Shown here piece after piece: positions 8,991-17,317 of a stretch of 21,264 nt of DNA. The notes beneath the pieces were generated by a model that worked only from the letters and a program-made list of their open reading frames with translations, ran no database searches and was not told the DNA's origin. This stretch comes from Fibrobacterota bacterium (GTDB lineage Bacteria; Fibrobacterota; Fibrobacteria; UBA11236). The translations under genes and the position numbers were made by a program. The first letter of the stretch is position 1; each line of letters opens with the position of its first letter. The stretch spans positions 1 to 21,264 of the forward strand of contig JAYUVP010000122.1 of NCBI GenBank assembly GCA_043753995.1. Direction: 5' to 3'.

Positions 8991-10661
8991 ATGGCATCCA
9001 TTACCCATCGATTAGCCCATAGCCGCCTTTCGCCTCTCATTTTAGGCGTCTTTCTCCTTTCCACTTTGGCGAGTTGCGCCATCGTTTTCGCGCTATTTCA
9101 GCAACTTTCGCGACAAAATGCAAAGCTCGACTTTTCTCTCGACGCCTTATCCGGCATGAATCACAGCGCCGAACATGCGGGTGACGCCAAGGACGCCTTG
9201 GCTGATTTGGCCAATCAACGCAATGCCATACGGGAAGCTCAAGTCGCCTTCAAAACCCAGGTGCAGGAATGGAAAAACACCTTGCTACGCGGCGCAGATT
9301 CGGAAAAGCGCGCCAAATATTGGAAAGCCTTTCAGTCGGAATCGGAACAAGTCAAGACGCATCTCAGTCCTGCCCGAAATAATCCGGCAACCCCATCGGC
9401 AGCCCCGGTTTTAGCCTATTTCGATAGCGCTCACACGGCCATGCAAGCTAAATACACCGAATCCTTTCAGCTTTTCGACGCTGGCGGAGGCAAGGATTTT
9501 GCCGGCGCTGATAAGTTGGTCAAAGGACAAGATCGGGCACCTGCCGCCAGCCTGGATTCCCTCGTCCTGATTTATGGCGAAGCCATACATGCCTATGCCG
9601 ATATTCAGAAAAAAGCCTATTCCCGGGCACGCACCCTCATCTTGGGCGGCTCGGCGTTCGGCCTTGTCATTATCGGCGGGCTTCTGCTGATATTACTCAA
9701 TGTGTTGGAGCGATTCACTCTGAAGCCTATGCGTGAAGCTTTGCATGTGATGGAAGCCATGGCCCAGGGTAATTTGCAGGTTACCGCCACCTCGGAAATA
9801 CGCAATGAGGCGGGACGGCTGGTCGATGCCGCCTCTCGGGCCGCGGCCGCCCTGCGCGAATTACTCGGCGGCACCACACGCCGCTTTCAAGAGCTTTCGG
9901 TATCCGCCGAACAGCTCAAAGGCGTTTCCCTGGGGTTGGATGACGGCGCTGGCAAAACCCATCAAGAAATCGAAGCCATGCGCCAAAAAACCGAAGCCGT
10001 CAATCAGCAAGTGCAATCGGTTGCCGCAGCGACCGAGGAAATGGGCGTATGTATTCAAGAAATCGCCCAAAACGCCCAGGCCGCCGCCAATCAAAGCACC
10101 ACAGCAGCCACGGAGGCCGAAAGCGTCACCAGCGGCCTTGGTGAAGTGGCTTCGGCCAGCGCCAAAATCGAAGACATCTTGCAAGTCATTCAGCGCATCG
10201 CCGAACAAACTCATTTGCTTGCGCTCAATTCCAGTATTGAGGCGGCCCGCGCGGGGGACGCTGGCAAAGGTTTTAATGTCGTCGCCCATGAGATCAAGGA
10301 ATTGTCGCATTCCACCAGCAATGCCACCGGGCAAATCCAGCAACGCATCGTCGTTTTACGTCAAAGCGTGGGCGGCATGACGGCCAGCATGAGTCATTTA
10401 CGGGGAGAAGTGCTTTCCATGCGCGATCGCATTGGCGCCATCGCCACCGCCATTGAAGAACAAACCAATACGACTCGCGAAATTGGGCGCAATGTGGAAT
10501 CCACCGCGCGCGCCAGCCAAAGCATCGAAGATGGCGCCAAAAACATGGAAGAATACACGCGCACGACCAAGTTGCGTTCCAGTGAGGCGCGCGCCGCAGC
10601 CGAAGGCTTACAAAAACTTTCCGGTGAAATGGATCAGGCCCTGAAAGCCTTTCAGATTTAA
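8991..10661 (+). CDS. Methyl-accepting chemotaxis protein
   Basis: Two TM segments flank a helical periplasmic sensor (FKTQVQEWKNTLLRG), followed by a HAMP-like region and signalling tip IAEQTHLLALNSSIEAARAGDAGKGFNVVAHEIKELS. SD GAGGA upstream. Confidence 0.93.
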   Translation: MASITHRLAHSRLSPLILGVFLLSTLASCAIVFALFQQLSRQNAKLDFSLDALSGMNHSAEHAGDAKDALADLANQRNAIREAQVAFKTQVQEWKNTLLRGADSEKRAKYWKAFQSESEQVKTHLSPARNNPATPSAAPVLAYFDSAHTAMQAKYTESFQLFDAGGGKDFAGADKLVKGQDRAPAASLDSLVLIYGEAIHAYADIQKKAYSRARTLILGGSAFGLVIIGGLLLILLNVLERFTLKPMREALHVMEAMAQGNLQVTATSEIRNEAGRLVDAASRAAAALRELLGGTTRRFQELSVSAEQLKGVSLGLDDGAGKTHQEIEAMRQKTEAVNQQVQSVAAATEEMGVCIQEIAQNAQAAANQSTTAATEAESVTSGLGEVASASAKIEDILQVIQRIAEQTHLLALNSSIEAARAGDAGKGFNVVAHEIKELSHSTSNATGQIQQRIVVLRQSVGGMTASMSHLRGEVLSMRDRIGAIATAIEEQTNTTREIGRNVESTARASQSIEDGAKNMEEYTRTTKLRSSEARAAAEGLQKLSGEMDQALKAFQI

Positions 10662-10680
10662 TCTGGATTCGCAGAAATAC

Positions 10681-10720
10681 AAAAGCCGACATCCTTCAGG
10701 GAAGCCGGCTTTTTCTTTTT
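10681..10720. terminator. Probably bidirectional intrinsic terminator between MCP and hsp20
   Basis: AAAAGCCG...CGGCTTTT stem with T-rich tail (TTTTTCTTTTT) between convergent stops. Confidence 0.65.
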
Positions 10721-10741
10721 CAATACTTCCAGCTTTTCCGC

Positions 10742-11152
10742 TTAGAGAATCGGTATGGTCTTGGAAACCGCAACTTCCGCCTTGGGAATGCGCAGATTCA
10801 AAACCCCGTTTTCATAGCGTGCCTCAATCGCGTCCGCTTTCACATTACGGGGCAATTCAAAGCTGCGGCTGAACTGTCCCTGCCGTGTTTCGAAATAGCG
10901 ATACCCCCCTTTATGATCTTGCCAGGGATTTTCTTTTTTCCCCGCCAAGGTGAGGCGATTGTCCTTCACTTCCACGGCGAAGTCTTCGCGCTTTACTCCG
11001 GGCAATTCCAGGCGCAAGTGATAGGCCTCCTTGTCCTCGACAATATCCACCGGAGGCAGATAGGTGGTGCGTTCTGGTAATGCACCTCGTTCCACTTCGT
11101 CGAAAATACGATCCATCCAGGAAAGGGGTCGATAGAGAAGAGCATTGCTCAT
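10742..11152 (-). CDS. Small heat shock protein, Hsp20/alpha-crystallin family
   Basis: PPVDIVED, LELPGV, GQFSRSFELP, ARYENGVLNLRIPK and C-terminal IPI motif. SD GGAGGA 8 nt upstream. Confidence 0.96.
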   Translation of the reverse strand: MSNALLYRPLSWMDRIFDEVERGALPERTTYLPPVDIVEDKEAYHLRLELPGVKREDFAVEVKDNRLTLAGKKENPWQDHKGGYRYFETRQGQFSRSFELPRNVKADAIEARYENGVLNLRIPKAEVAVSKTIPIL

Positions 11153-11208
11153 GGTGTTTATCCTCCGAGAAGGGTGGTTTAGGGTTGAAATCCGATGCCG
11201 ACAGGAAT

Positions 11209-11224
11209 TGCAAACTCAATGCCA
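11209..11224 (-). promoter_or_regulatory. Sigma-54 (-24/-12) promoter of hsp20
   Basis: Minus strand TGGCAT-TGAGT-TTGCA, near-perfect consensus, 56 nt upstream of the ATG. Confidence 0.8.
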
Positions 11225-11380
11225 ATTCGGACACCCCAATTCTTGCGCTCCTAAAAGCCCTCCCATCCCGGAAAACCAAGGAAGTGCTGCAATCTTAAAC
11301 CGCCCCGCGCAACATTTTGTCTCAGCTCGCAACTACCCTGGGCATGCGCCCCACGAAGCGCTATCCTTCCAGAAACTGAC

Positions 11381-12277
11381 ATGAATAACGCGAACTTTTC
11401 CCTCGACGCCAACCGATTGACCGCCCTATTCACCACCTATGGGCTACCTCTCCCCGAAGCGGAACTTGTGCTTTTGGGTTTACGGGGCGCTTCGCCCCTC
11501 GACCGCAGCGCCTCTTGGGGCTCCTCCCAGGAAGTTGTGCTCACCCCGGTCGATTATATCCACATGCGCTGCACCCTGGGAATTTGGGATAGGCCTCGCA
11601 AGCGCTTATTACTCGCCCCAGCTTCCACCGTGCCGCATACCGAAAAGGTGACCTGGGCCGCCCAGCGCGCGGGTAGCTTGCGCGGACGTGGCACCAATCA
11701 ACAAGAGCCCGGCCTCTATCATGACTTAACCAAGGGCGAACACTTGCAGGGCAAACCCCGGGGGCATTCGGCCTTGCGCCAAACCGGTTTTCGCCTTTAT
11801 CGCCGCAGCGCCCATCCCGCCCCGTACCGCGCGAGTGACCCCCTGTATTTCGGCAACCCCTATGACAACCTGCATTGCGCCTGGAATCGCGATGGCATCG
11901 AAGCCGGATATTCCAGTTCGGGCTGCCTAGTCGTTGCCGGCGAACCCCATTGCCCTCGCCTGCCTGACGTCCAGCCCAATCGTGGAGCCTGGAAGGCCTT
12001 TCACGATGCCCTCTACGCACACTCCCAAAAACGCTTTTCTTTTTTGCTGCTCTCTGCGAATGAAGCCGCCCTCGCCTTGAGCGAAACCCGCCCCACCCCG
12101 CGGCTAGTGTATGGCTCGCAAGGCAAGGCCGTCGCCCATTTACAGGCACGACTCCTCAAACAGGGTCATTTGCAGGTTACGGGAGGCGCCCTCAAGCCGA
12201 CTCTGGGCTTAACCAGCTATCGCGCCTGGAATGCCGCCGGCCTCAAAGGGTACGGCGACGTATTGGGCTGCGGATAA
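11381..12277 (+). CDS. Putative peptidoglycan-acting enzyme: L,D-transpeptidase-like His/Cys domain plus degenerate PG-binding domain
   Basis: NLHCAW...YSSSGCLVV resembles the YkuD H-x14-17-(S/T)xGC motif. C-terminal RLVYGSQGKAVAHLQARL resembles PG_binding_1 (L..GS.G..V..LQ..L). Confidence 0.6.
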   Translation: MNNANFSLDANRLTALFTTYGLPLPEAELVLLGLRGASPLDRSASWGSSQEVVLTPVDYIHMRCTLGIWDRPRKRLLLAPASTVPHTEKVTWAAQRAGSLRGRGTNQQEPGLYHDLTKGEHLQGKPRGHSALRQTGFRLYRRSAHPAPYRASDPLYFGNPYDNLHCAWNRDGIEAGYSSSGCLVVAGEPHCPRLPDVQPNRGAWKAFHDALYAHSQKRFSFLLLSANEAALALSETRPTPRLVYGSQGKAVAHLQARLLKQGHLQVTGGALKPTLGLTSYRAWNAAGLKGYGDVLGCG

Positions 12278-12289
12278 AGACTCAGGCGC

Positions 12290-13393
12290 TTAAAACGTCA
12301 GCTGGGTTTTCACGTAAAAAATGTCATTGCCGTAAGAGTTGGTCAGCTTTTCTTCCAGGGCGCGCACATACTCCGCCATCACGAAAAGGCCCGGCAGGCG
12401 AATCGGATTGGGGGTATAACGCAAGGCACCCGTGAACAAATGCAAGTTGTCATTCAAGATGAAGCCATCGGTGGGATCGAAAAATTCATAGCGCCAAACC
12501 GTGGCGTATTTTGGAGTATGGCTTTTTTCGAATTGCGTCATCGCTCCCCACGATTGCAAGCCCGTGGAATCGGCATTGCGAATGCGCCGATTCATCCTAA
12601 CCAGCATTTCGTTATTCCATTTCCAGCCCTTACCGGTAATCCCATGATAAAGGGAAGCGTCGACCACGGGATTGGTTTTAAACCAATACGTCGCCTTCCA
12701 GCCTTCGTGTTTGCCGACGAATTCATCCCATTCCTGGTCAGCCAAGGCTCCAAAATGCCCACCGATTTGGTTGCTGTCGGGCAATTTCCAATCCCAGCCA
12801 TAATCCAGCCCTAAGACTTGAGTTGGAGGGCCTTGTTGATTCGAAGGCTCGCCCGCTAGAAAGGCTTGGCCATTGGCATTGTGCAAGAAGATGCGATGGC
12901 TGAATAAGCCCCCAAAATGGCGTCGCTCCACTTGCAACCCGAGATCGCGTAAGCGGTATAGGCGCTTTTCCGCACCCCAACTGCGGGCATAAAAAGGCTC
13001 TTGGACCAAGGCTTGTTCGAATTCATCATAACCCACCGCACTGCGCAATCCGGCGCCGCGAAAACGACCCCCCGTGAAAGTCCAAGCGCCCCAGATTTTT
13101 TCGAGATAGGCCTCTTGCAATTCCATATAGGCCACATTGACCTTGCCCACGGCCTTAAGGCCCGAATCGATGGGCATTTCGGCATTCAGGCGCAATTGGC
13201 TGATATAAAAGCCACCTCGCCCCTGATTGCTCAAGGGATTTTTAATGCTCGGCCAGGCGGCGCCGTTTTGGCCGTATTGATAGCCCAATTGCAGGCCACC
13301 GGAAAATTGAGGCTTTCCTAAGGTTTCTTGTGACCAGGTTAAGGAGGCGAGAGCGAGGGTCAAAAAAGCGAGGCTTTGGCTTACGGAGATCAT
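12290..13393 (-). CDS. Outer-membrane beta-barrel porin (OprO/OprP-like)
   Basis: Signal peptide, amphipathic beta strands (FYISQLRLNA, LQEAYLE, RDLGLQV, RYEFFDP) and C-terminal BAM signal YVKTQLTF. Substrate unknown. Confidence 0.75.
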   Translation of the reverse strand: MISVSQSLAFLTLALASLTWSQETLGKPQFSGGLQLGYQYGQNGAAWPSIKNPLSNQGRGGFYISQLRLNAEMPIDSGLKAVGKVNVAYMELQEAYLEKIWGAWTFTGGRFRGAGLRSAVGYDEFEQALVQEPFYARSWGAEKRLYRLRDLGLQVERRHFGGLFSHRIFLHNANGQAFLAGEPSNQQGPPTQVLGLDYGWDWKLPDSNQIGGHFGALADQEWDEFVGKHEGWKATYWFKTNPVVDASLYHGITGKGWKWNNEMLVRMNRRIRNADSTGLQSWGAMTQFEKSHTPKYATVWRYEFFDPTDGFILNDNLHLFTGALRYTPNPIRLPGLFVMAEYVRALEEKLTNSYGNDIFYVKTQLTF

Positions 13394-13401
13394 AGCGGCT
13401 T

Positions 13402-13432
13402 AACATACCAAATAGGGCTTGGGTGGTATCTT
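13402..13432. promoter_or_regulatory. Back-to-back extended -10 elements for porin (-) and lipA (+)
   Basis: Plus strand TG-G-TATCTT (13424-13432) lies 6 nt before the lipA ATG. Minus strand TG-G-TATGTT (13410-13402) lies 8 nt before the porin ATG. Confidence 0.55.
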
Positions 13433-13438
13433 TTAACC

Positions 13439-14323
13439 ATGCCTTCCAGCCCTCCCATCGCCCCCCTGACTCGCAAACCCGCCTGGCTCAAAGCCCGCAT
13501 TCCCGGTGGGCCGGGTTATTCTCAATTGCGCGCCACCGTGGACTCCCATCGTCTGCATACGGTTTGCGAAAGCGCCAATTGCCCCAATCTGGGAGAATGC
13601 TGGTCCCAGGGTACGGCCACCTTCATGATTTTGGGTAATACCTGTACACGCGGTTGCCGTTTTTGCGATGTCCCCAAGGGGCGTCCCGGCGAATACGATC
13701 GCCAAGAACCCGATCGCGTGGCGGCCTCGGTCAAGCTCATGGCCTTGCGTTATGCCGTCATCACCTCGGTGACCCGCGATGACATTCCCGATCAAGGCGC
13801 CGAGGTTTGGGCCGATACCATCGCCGCGGTCAAAGCGGCGTCTCCCGATTGCAAGGTCGAAGTGCTTATCCCCGACATGCAAGGCCGACTCGATCTCGTC
13901 GATTGGATACTCAATGCCGGTCCCGATGTGCTCAATCACAATTTTGAAACCGTGCCACGCCTGCAAAAATCCGTGCGCGGACGTGGCAATTGGCGCGACT
14001 CCAGCGCAGTATTGACCCATGCCAAGGCGCGAGGTTTTCTCACTAAGACCAGTGTCATGCTCGGCCTCGGAGAAGAAGAACAAGAGGTGCGGGATTTGAT
14101 CGACACCGTCGCCGATTTGAAAATCGACATTCTCACCTTTGGCCAATACCTAGCCCCATCCGCTTCACATCATCCCGTGATTCGCTATGTGCCTCCCGCC
14201 GAATTCGACGCTCATCGCGATTATGCCTTGTCGCGCGGCATACCGGTTTGTGTTTCCGGCCCTCTGGTGCGCAGCAGCTACAATGCCGATGCGGCGGCCT
14301 TGCCGCTTTTCGAAAAAGGTTGA
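13439..14323 (+). CDS. lipA: Lipoyl synthase
   Basis: RKPAWLK, auxiliary cluster motif CESANCPNLGEC, radical SAM CTRGCRFC and C-terminal PLVRSSY. Start assigned to ATG 13439 to avoid overlap with the porin gene. Confidence 0.96.
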   Translation: MPSSPPIAPLTRKPAWLKARIPGGPGYSQLRATVDSHRLHTVCESANCPNLGECWSQGTATFMILGNTCTRGCRFCDVPKGRPGEYDRQEPDRVAASVKLMALRYAVITSVTRDDIPDQGAEVWADTIAAVKAASPDCKVEVLIPDMQGRLDLVDWILNAGPDVLNHNFETVPRLQKSVRGRGNWRDSSAVLTHAKARGFLTKTSVMLGLGEEEQEVRDLIDTVADLKIDILTFGQYLAPSASHHPVIRYVPPAEFDAHRDYALSRGIPVCVSGPLVRSSYNADAAALPLFEKG

Positions 14324-14331
14324 TTCCGAGG

Positions 14332-15099
14332 CTAGACCTCGTTCAGGGCGCGCACTTCTTCAGGGAGTAGCCAGCGAAAAGAACCGACTGCGCTTTCCGG
14401 ATCCAGGACTATGGGCCCAATGGCAATGCGTATGAGACGCTTCACGTTATAGTCCAGAGTGTGAAACATGCGACGAATTTGGCGATTGCGGCCTTCATGT
14501 AAAACCACTCGAACCCAAGGACCACCCTCGGCTTCCGCCTCGCATGGCAAGGTGATTTCGCCTTGTATTTCCAAACCTTGTCGAAAGCTTTGCAAATCTT
14601 CGGGGCGCGGTTGGCGATCCAGTTTGACGCGATAGGTTTTGCTGACCTTGGATTCGGGCCCGCTCATTCGGCTGGACCAAGGCCCGTCATTGGTGAAGAG
14701 AAGCAAGCCTTCGCTGTCCTTGTCGAGACGACCCACGGGGAAAAGCCATCCCTGCCGCGCTTCTTCGGGGAGGCAAGAATACACGGTAGCTTCGCGGCCC
14801 ATTTCGTCGTCACGCGTGGTAAGCAAGCCCTTGGGTTTATGCAGAACTCCATAGCGATGGGTTTCTGCTTTCAGCGCCGCCGCCCCCTGCCAATGAATAA
14901 CATCTTGCCGCCAATTCACCCAGCGACGCGGGTCCAACTCCCTAGCGCCATTCACCGTGACCTCGCCGCCGCGAATGGCATTCGCGGCCAAACCGCGCGA
15001 GAGCAGGCCTAATTTACTGAGTGCCCGCTCCAAGTGTACGCGCTCGCCCGACCTTTCTCCGCCGGGCGAATGGGCGCTGGGCTCCTGCGGAATATTCAC
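14332..15099 (-). CDS. rRNA pseudouridine synthase, RsuA/RluB/E/F family
   Basis: S4 domain (LERALSKLGLLSR), HKPKG, PVGRLDKDSEGLLLFTNDG, EGRNRQIRRM. GTG start overlaps the upstream TGA (GTGA). Confidence 0.92.
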   Translation of the reverse strand: MNIPQEPSAHSPGGERSGERVHLERALSKLGLLSRGLAANAIRGGEVTVNGARELDPRRWVNWRQDVIHWQGAAALKAETHRYGVLHKPKGLLTTRDDEMGREATVYSCLPEEARQGWLFPVGRLDKDSEGLLLFTNDGPWSSRMSGPESKVSKTYRVKLDRQPRPEDLQSFRQGLEIQGEITLPCEAEAEGGPWVRVVLHEGRNRQIRRMFHTLDYNVKRLIRIAIGPIVLDPESAVGSFRWLLPEEVRALNEV

Positions 15100-15857
15100 G
15101 GGCTTCCGTTAGATGGATTCGACGATGTGACGGCGGCGGCCAAGGCCGCGTCGTCCAAGACCTGGCCTCGCCAGCAGCCTTCGACATAGAGACGGACCTT
15201 ATCCAGGGCGCTGCGATCTTCGGGCAGGGTCGCGGTATCTAACACGGGGAAAAAAGTCACGGTCACATCGAAGGGTGGCTTGCCGCGTCCGCGCGCCTCC
15301 AGGGCATTGCGCGAGCCTTGAACCAAGGTCGGTAAAACCAAGGCTTTGGACATCACAGCCAACCGCGCACCACCCGGTTTGAAAGGCAATATGTCTCCGC
15401 TGCGGCTGCGCGTGCCTTCAGGGAAAACCACGATGCGAGAGTTGCGCATGGAGGCCGCTACCTCATTCAAGGTGCGCTGGGCTTCACTTTTATTGGCACG
15501 ATCGATAAAGACGCAGCCGACCTCGCGCATCCAATAGGCCAGCAGGGGAATGCGGCTCAATTCTTTCTTGGCGACAAAACCCATGCTATGGTTGGTGGCC
15601 GCCAATAGGGAGGGAATGTCGACCTGGCTTTGATGATTCGATAGAATCACCATAGGCCGCGAGCCGGGATCCGGAATATGCTCGCGCCCGCGCACGATGA
15701 GGTTAACCTCAAAGACTTTTAGGCAATAATGGGCCCAATGCACAAAAGCGCGGCGCACATAGTCCTCACCGGCCTGGGCACCCTGCATGCGCGCCAGGGC
15801 AAAGCCGAATATGCGGAAAAACATCAAGGCCAGTACGCGTATCACGCGGAAAACCAT
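15096..15857 (-). CDS. plsC: 1-acyl-sn-glycerol-3-phosphate acyltransferase (PlsC family)
   Basis: NHQSQVD (HX4D), FVAKKEL, FIDR, FPEGTRS. Start placed at ATG 15857, preceded by SD-like AGAAAGG, rather than at 15965. Confidence 0.88.
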   Translation of the reverse strand: MVFRVIRVLALMFFRIFGFALARMQGAQAGEDYVRRAFVHWAHYCLKVFEVNLIVRGREHIPDPGSRPMVILSNHQSQVDIPSLLAATNHSMGFVAKKELSRIPLLAYWMREVGCVFIDRANKSEAQRTLNEVAASMRNSRIVVFPEGTRSRSGDILPFKPGGARLAVMSKALVLPTLVQGSRNALEARGRGKPPFDVTVTFFPVLDTATLPEDRSALDKVRLYVEGCWRGQVLDDAALAAAVTSSNPSNGSP

Positions 15858-15995
15858 GCGAAAAACCTTTCTGGAAAACTCGTGTCCCTCAACTAAAACC
15901 GACGCCGTAGCCCATTCGTGTTTTCCCTGACCTTCGACGCCCCATTTCATGGGGACAATCTTCACGGAAAATTGAGAAAAAATAGGTCGAGTGAG

Positions 15996-16025
15996 TTGCC
16001 TTAAGCGGAAGGGTTACCGTACAAT
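15996..16025 (+). promoter_or_regulatory. Sigma-70-type promoter for the response regulator
   Basis: TTGCCT-N18-TACAAT. Confidence 0.5.
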
Positions 16026-16082
16026 CGCCGCTGGATGAGGTAAAAAACTTCCCATCCACCCTATTCTTTCCTCGGAGGACGC

Positions 16083-17024
16083 CTGGATTCTCAACCCGGC
16101 CAGGAAGCCAAAGCATTTCGCATACTCGTCGTCGACGACGAAGCGGCCATTCGCAGCCTGATATTCGATGCTTTGCAAATCTTCGGTTGGCAGTCCGTCA
16201 CCGCCCAGGACGGTGAGGAGGCGCTTTCCCTGCTCGCGCGGGAAAGCTTTGACATGATTTTGTCAGATATCAATATGCCGGGTATGTCGGGGTTCGATTT
16301 ACTTCAGCGAGTGGCCGTAGCTTATCCGCATGTGAAGCGCGTCCTGATGACGGCCTATAATCCCGACGACTATATGCGAATGGTGCGCGATCACAATGTG
16401 GGCAATGTCATTCCCAAAAGCGCGCCGCTGAATCTCAAGGAAATCCGAGAAATTTTGCATTCGCTGTTGAACAATGCCATTTTCGGGCTCGACCCTTATA
16501 TGATTTCCCCGTATACCAAGCACAGTTATAGCTTGGTCATGCCCAGCCAAATCGACGATATTTCCATTGCCATTTCAAACAGCTTTCAAGGGCAGAATTT
16601 GCACCACCGGTTTCGCGTGTCCTTGGTCGAACTCATGACCAATGCCTTATTTTACGGAGCACGCGACGAAGCAGGCGATAAGAAATCCGATTGGGTGAAA
16701 GACTTTCGCTTGCCCGATGAAGAGGCCGTGCAAATCACGCTCTCCGTCGACAAGGAAAAGCTGGGCGTTTCGGTGCTGGACCGAGGCGGAAAGCTCGATA
16801 AGAATACCGTCTTGTATTGGCTCGACAGGCAAACAACACATGATGAAAATGGTTTGCCCCATGGCATTTTCGACGTGCATGGACGGGGCTTTTTCATCAC
16901 GCGCAAATCAGTCGATCGCTTCATTGTCAATATTGAGCGCGGTCGCAGATGTGAAGCCATCATCTTTAATTACTTCGACGCGCAAACCAATCACAATAAG
17001 CCGATACTCATCAACGAAATTTGA
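16083..17024 (+). CDS. Response regulator: receiver domain fused to HATPase_c anti-sigma-type Ser/Thr kinase domain
   Basis: REC motifs FRILVVDDE (upstream of the ORF-track start), LSDINMPGMSG, LMTAY and IPK. C-terminal ELMTNALFYG, DRGG and GRGFFI are RsbW/SpoIIAB-like boxes. Start inferred at CTG 16083 after GGAGG; start uncertain. Confidence 0.85.
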   Translation: MDSQPGQEAKAFRILVVDDEAAIRSLIFDALQIFGWQSVTAQDGEEALSLLARESFDMILSDINMPGMSGFDLLQRVAVAYPHVKRVLMTAYNPDDYMRMVRDHNVGNVIPKSAPLNLKEIREILHSLLNNAIFGLDPYMISPYTKHSYSLVMPSQIDDISIAISNSFQGQNLHHRFRVSLVELMTNALFYGARDEAGDKKSDWVKDFRLPDEEAVQITLSVDKEKLGVSVLDRGGKLDKNTVLYWLDRQTTHDENGLPHGIFDVHGRGFFITRKSVDRFIVNIERGRRCEAIIFNYFDAQTNHNKPILINEI

Positions 17025-17061
17025 TTGCCGGTGTGAATTCGGCTGCACATAAAATCGGCCT

Positions 17062-17095
17062 AAAAAACAAAAGGCCCGCCGACGAAGGCGAGCCT
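17062..17095 (-). terminator. Intrinsic terminator of rpsU
   Basis: Minus strand AGGCTCGCC-ttcgtc-GGCGGGCCT followed by TTTGTTTTTT. Confidence 0.8.
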
Positions 17096-17119
17096 GCTGC
17101 CGCTAGTGTTTTTTAGCAC

Positions 17120-17317
17120 TTAGTGAGGTTGCTCCATCCGCTCTTTAGTGGTCTTGCGAATGGCGGCATTGCGCTTGCGCTTGCGTTCTTCCGAAGGCTT
17201 TTCGTAGCGCTGGTTCTTCTTGACATCCGAAAGGATGCCCGACTTCTCGCAGGTCTTGGTGAACCGACGCAGGGCCTTTTCGAAGGACTCTCCTGGTCTT
17301 ACAACGACTCCCGTCAT
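17120..17317 (-). CDS. rpsU: 30S ribosomal protein bS21
   Basis: 65 aa basic protein with ESFEKALRRF and YEKPSEERKRK. SD GAGGTGA upstream. Confidence 0.96.
   Translation of the reverse strand: MTGVVVRPGESFEKALRRFTKTCEKSGILSDVKKNQRYEKPSEERKRKRNAAIRKTTKERMEQPH

Noticed and set aside
15858..15965. N-terminal extension of the PlsC ORF
   Set aside because: An SD-preceded ATG at 15857 gives a typical length. The extension has no family features.
17111..17118. TTAGCACT, CIRCE half-site
   Set aside because: No second arm at 9-nt spacing, and it lies downstream of rpsU rather than at a chaperone promoter.
17164..17179. Sigma-54-like motif CGGCAT-TGCGC-TTGCG on the plus strand
   Set aside because: Lies inside rpsU on the antisense strand and is explained by the RKRNAA codons. 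It is far from any start, and shows that such motifs can arise by chance.
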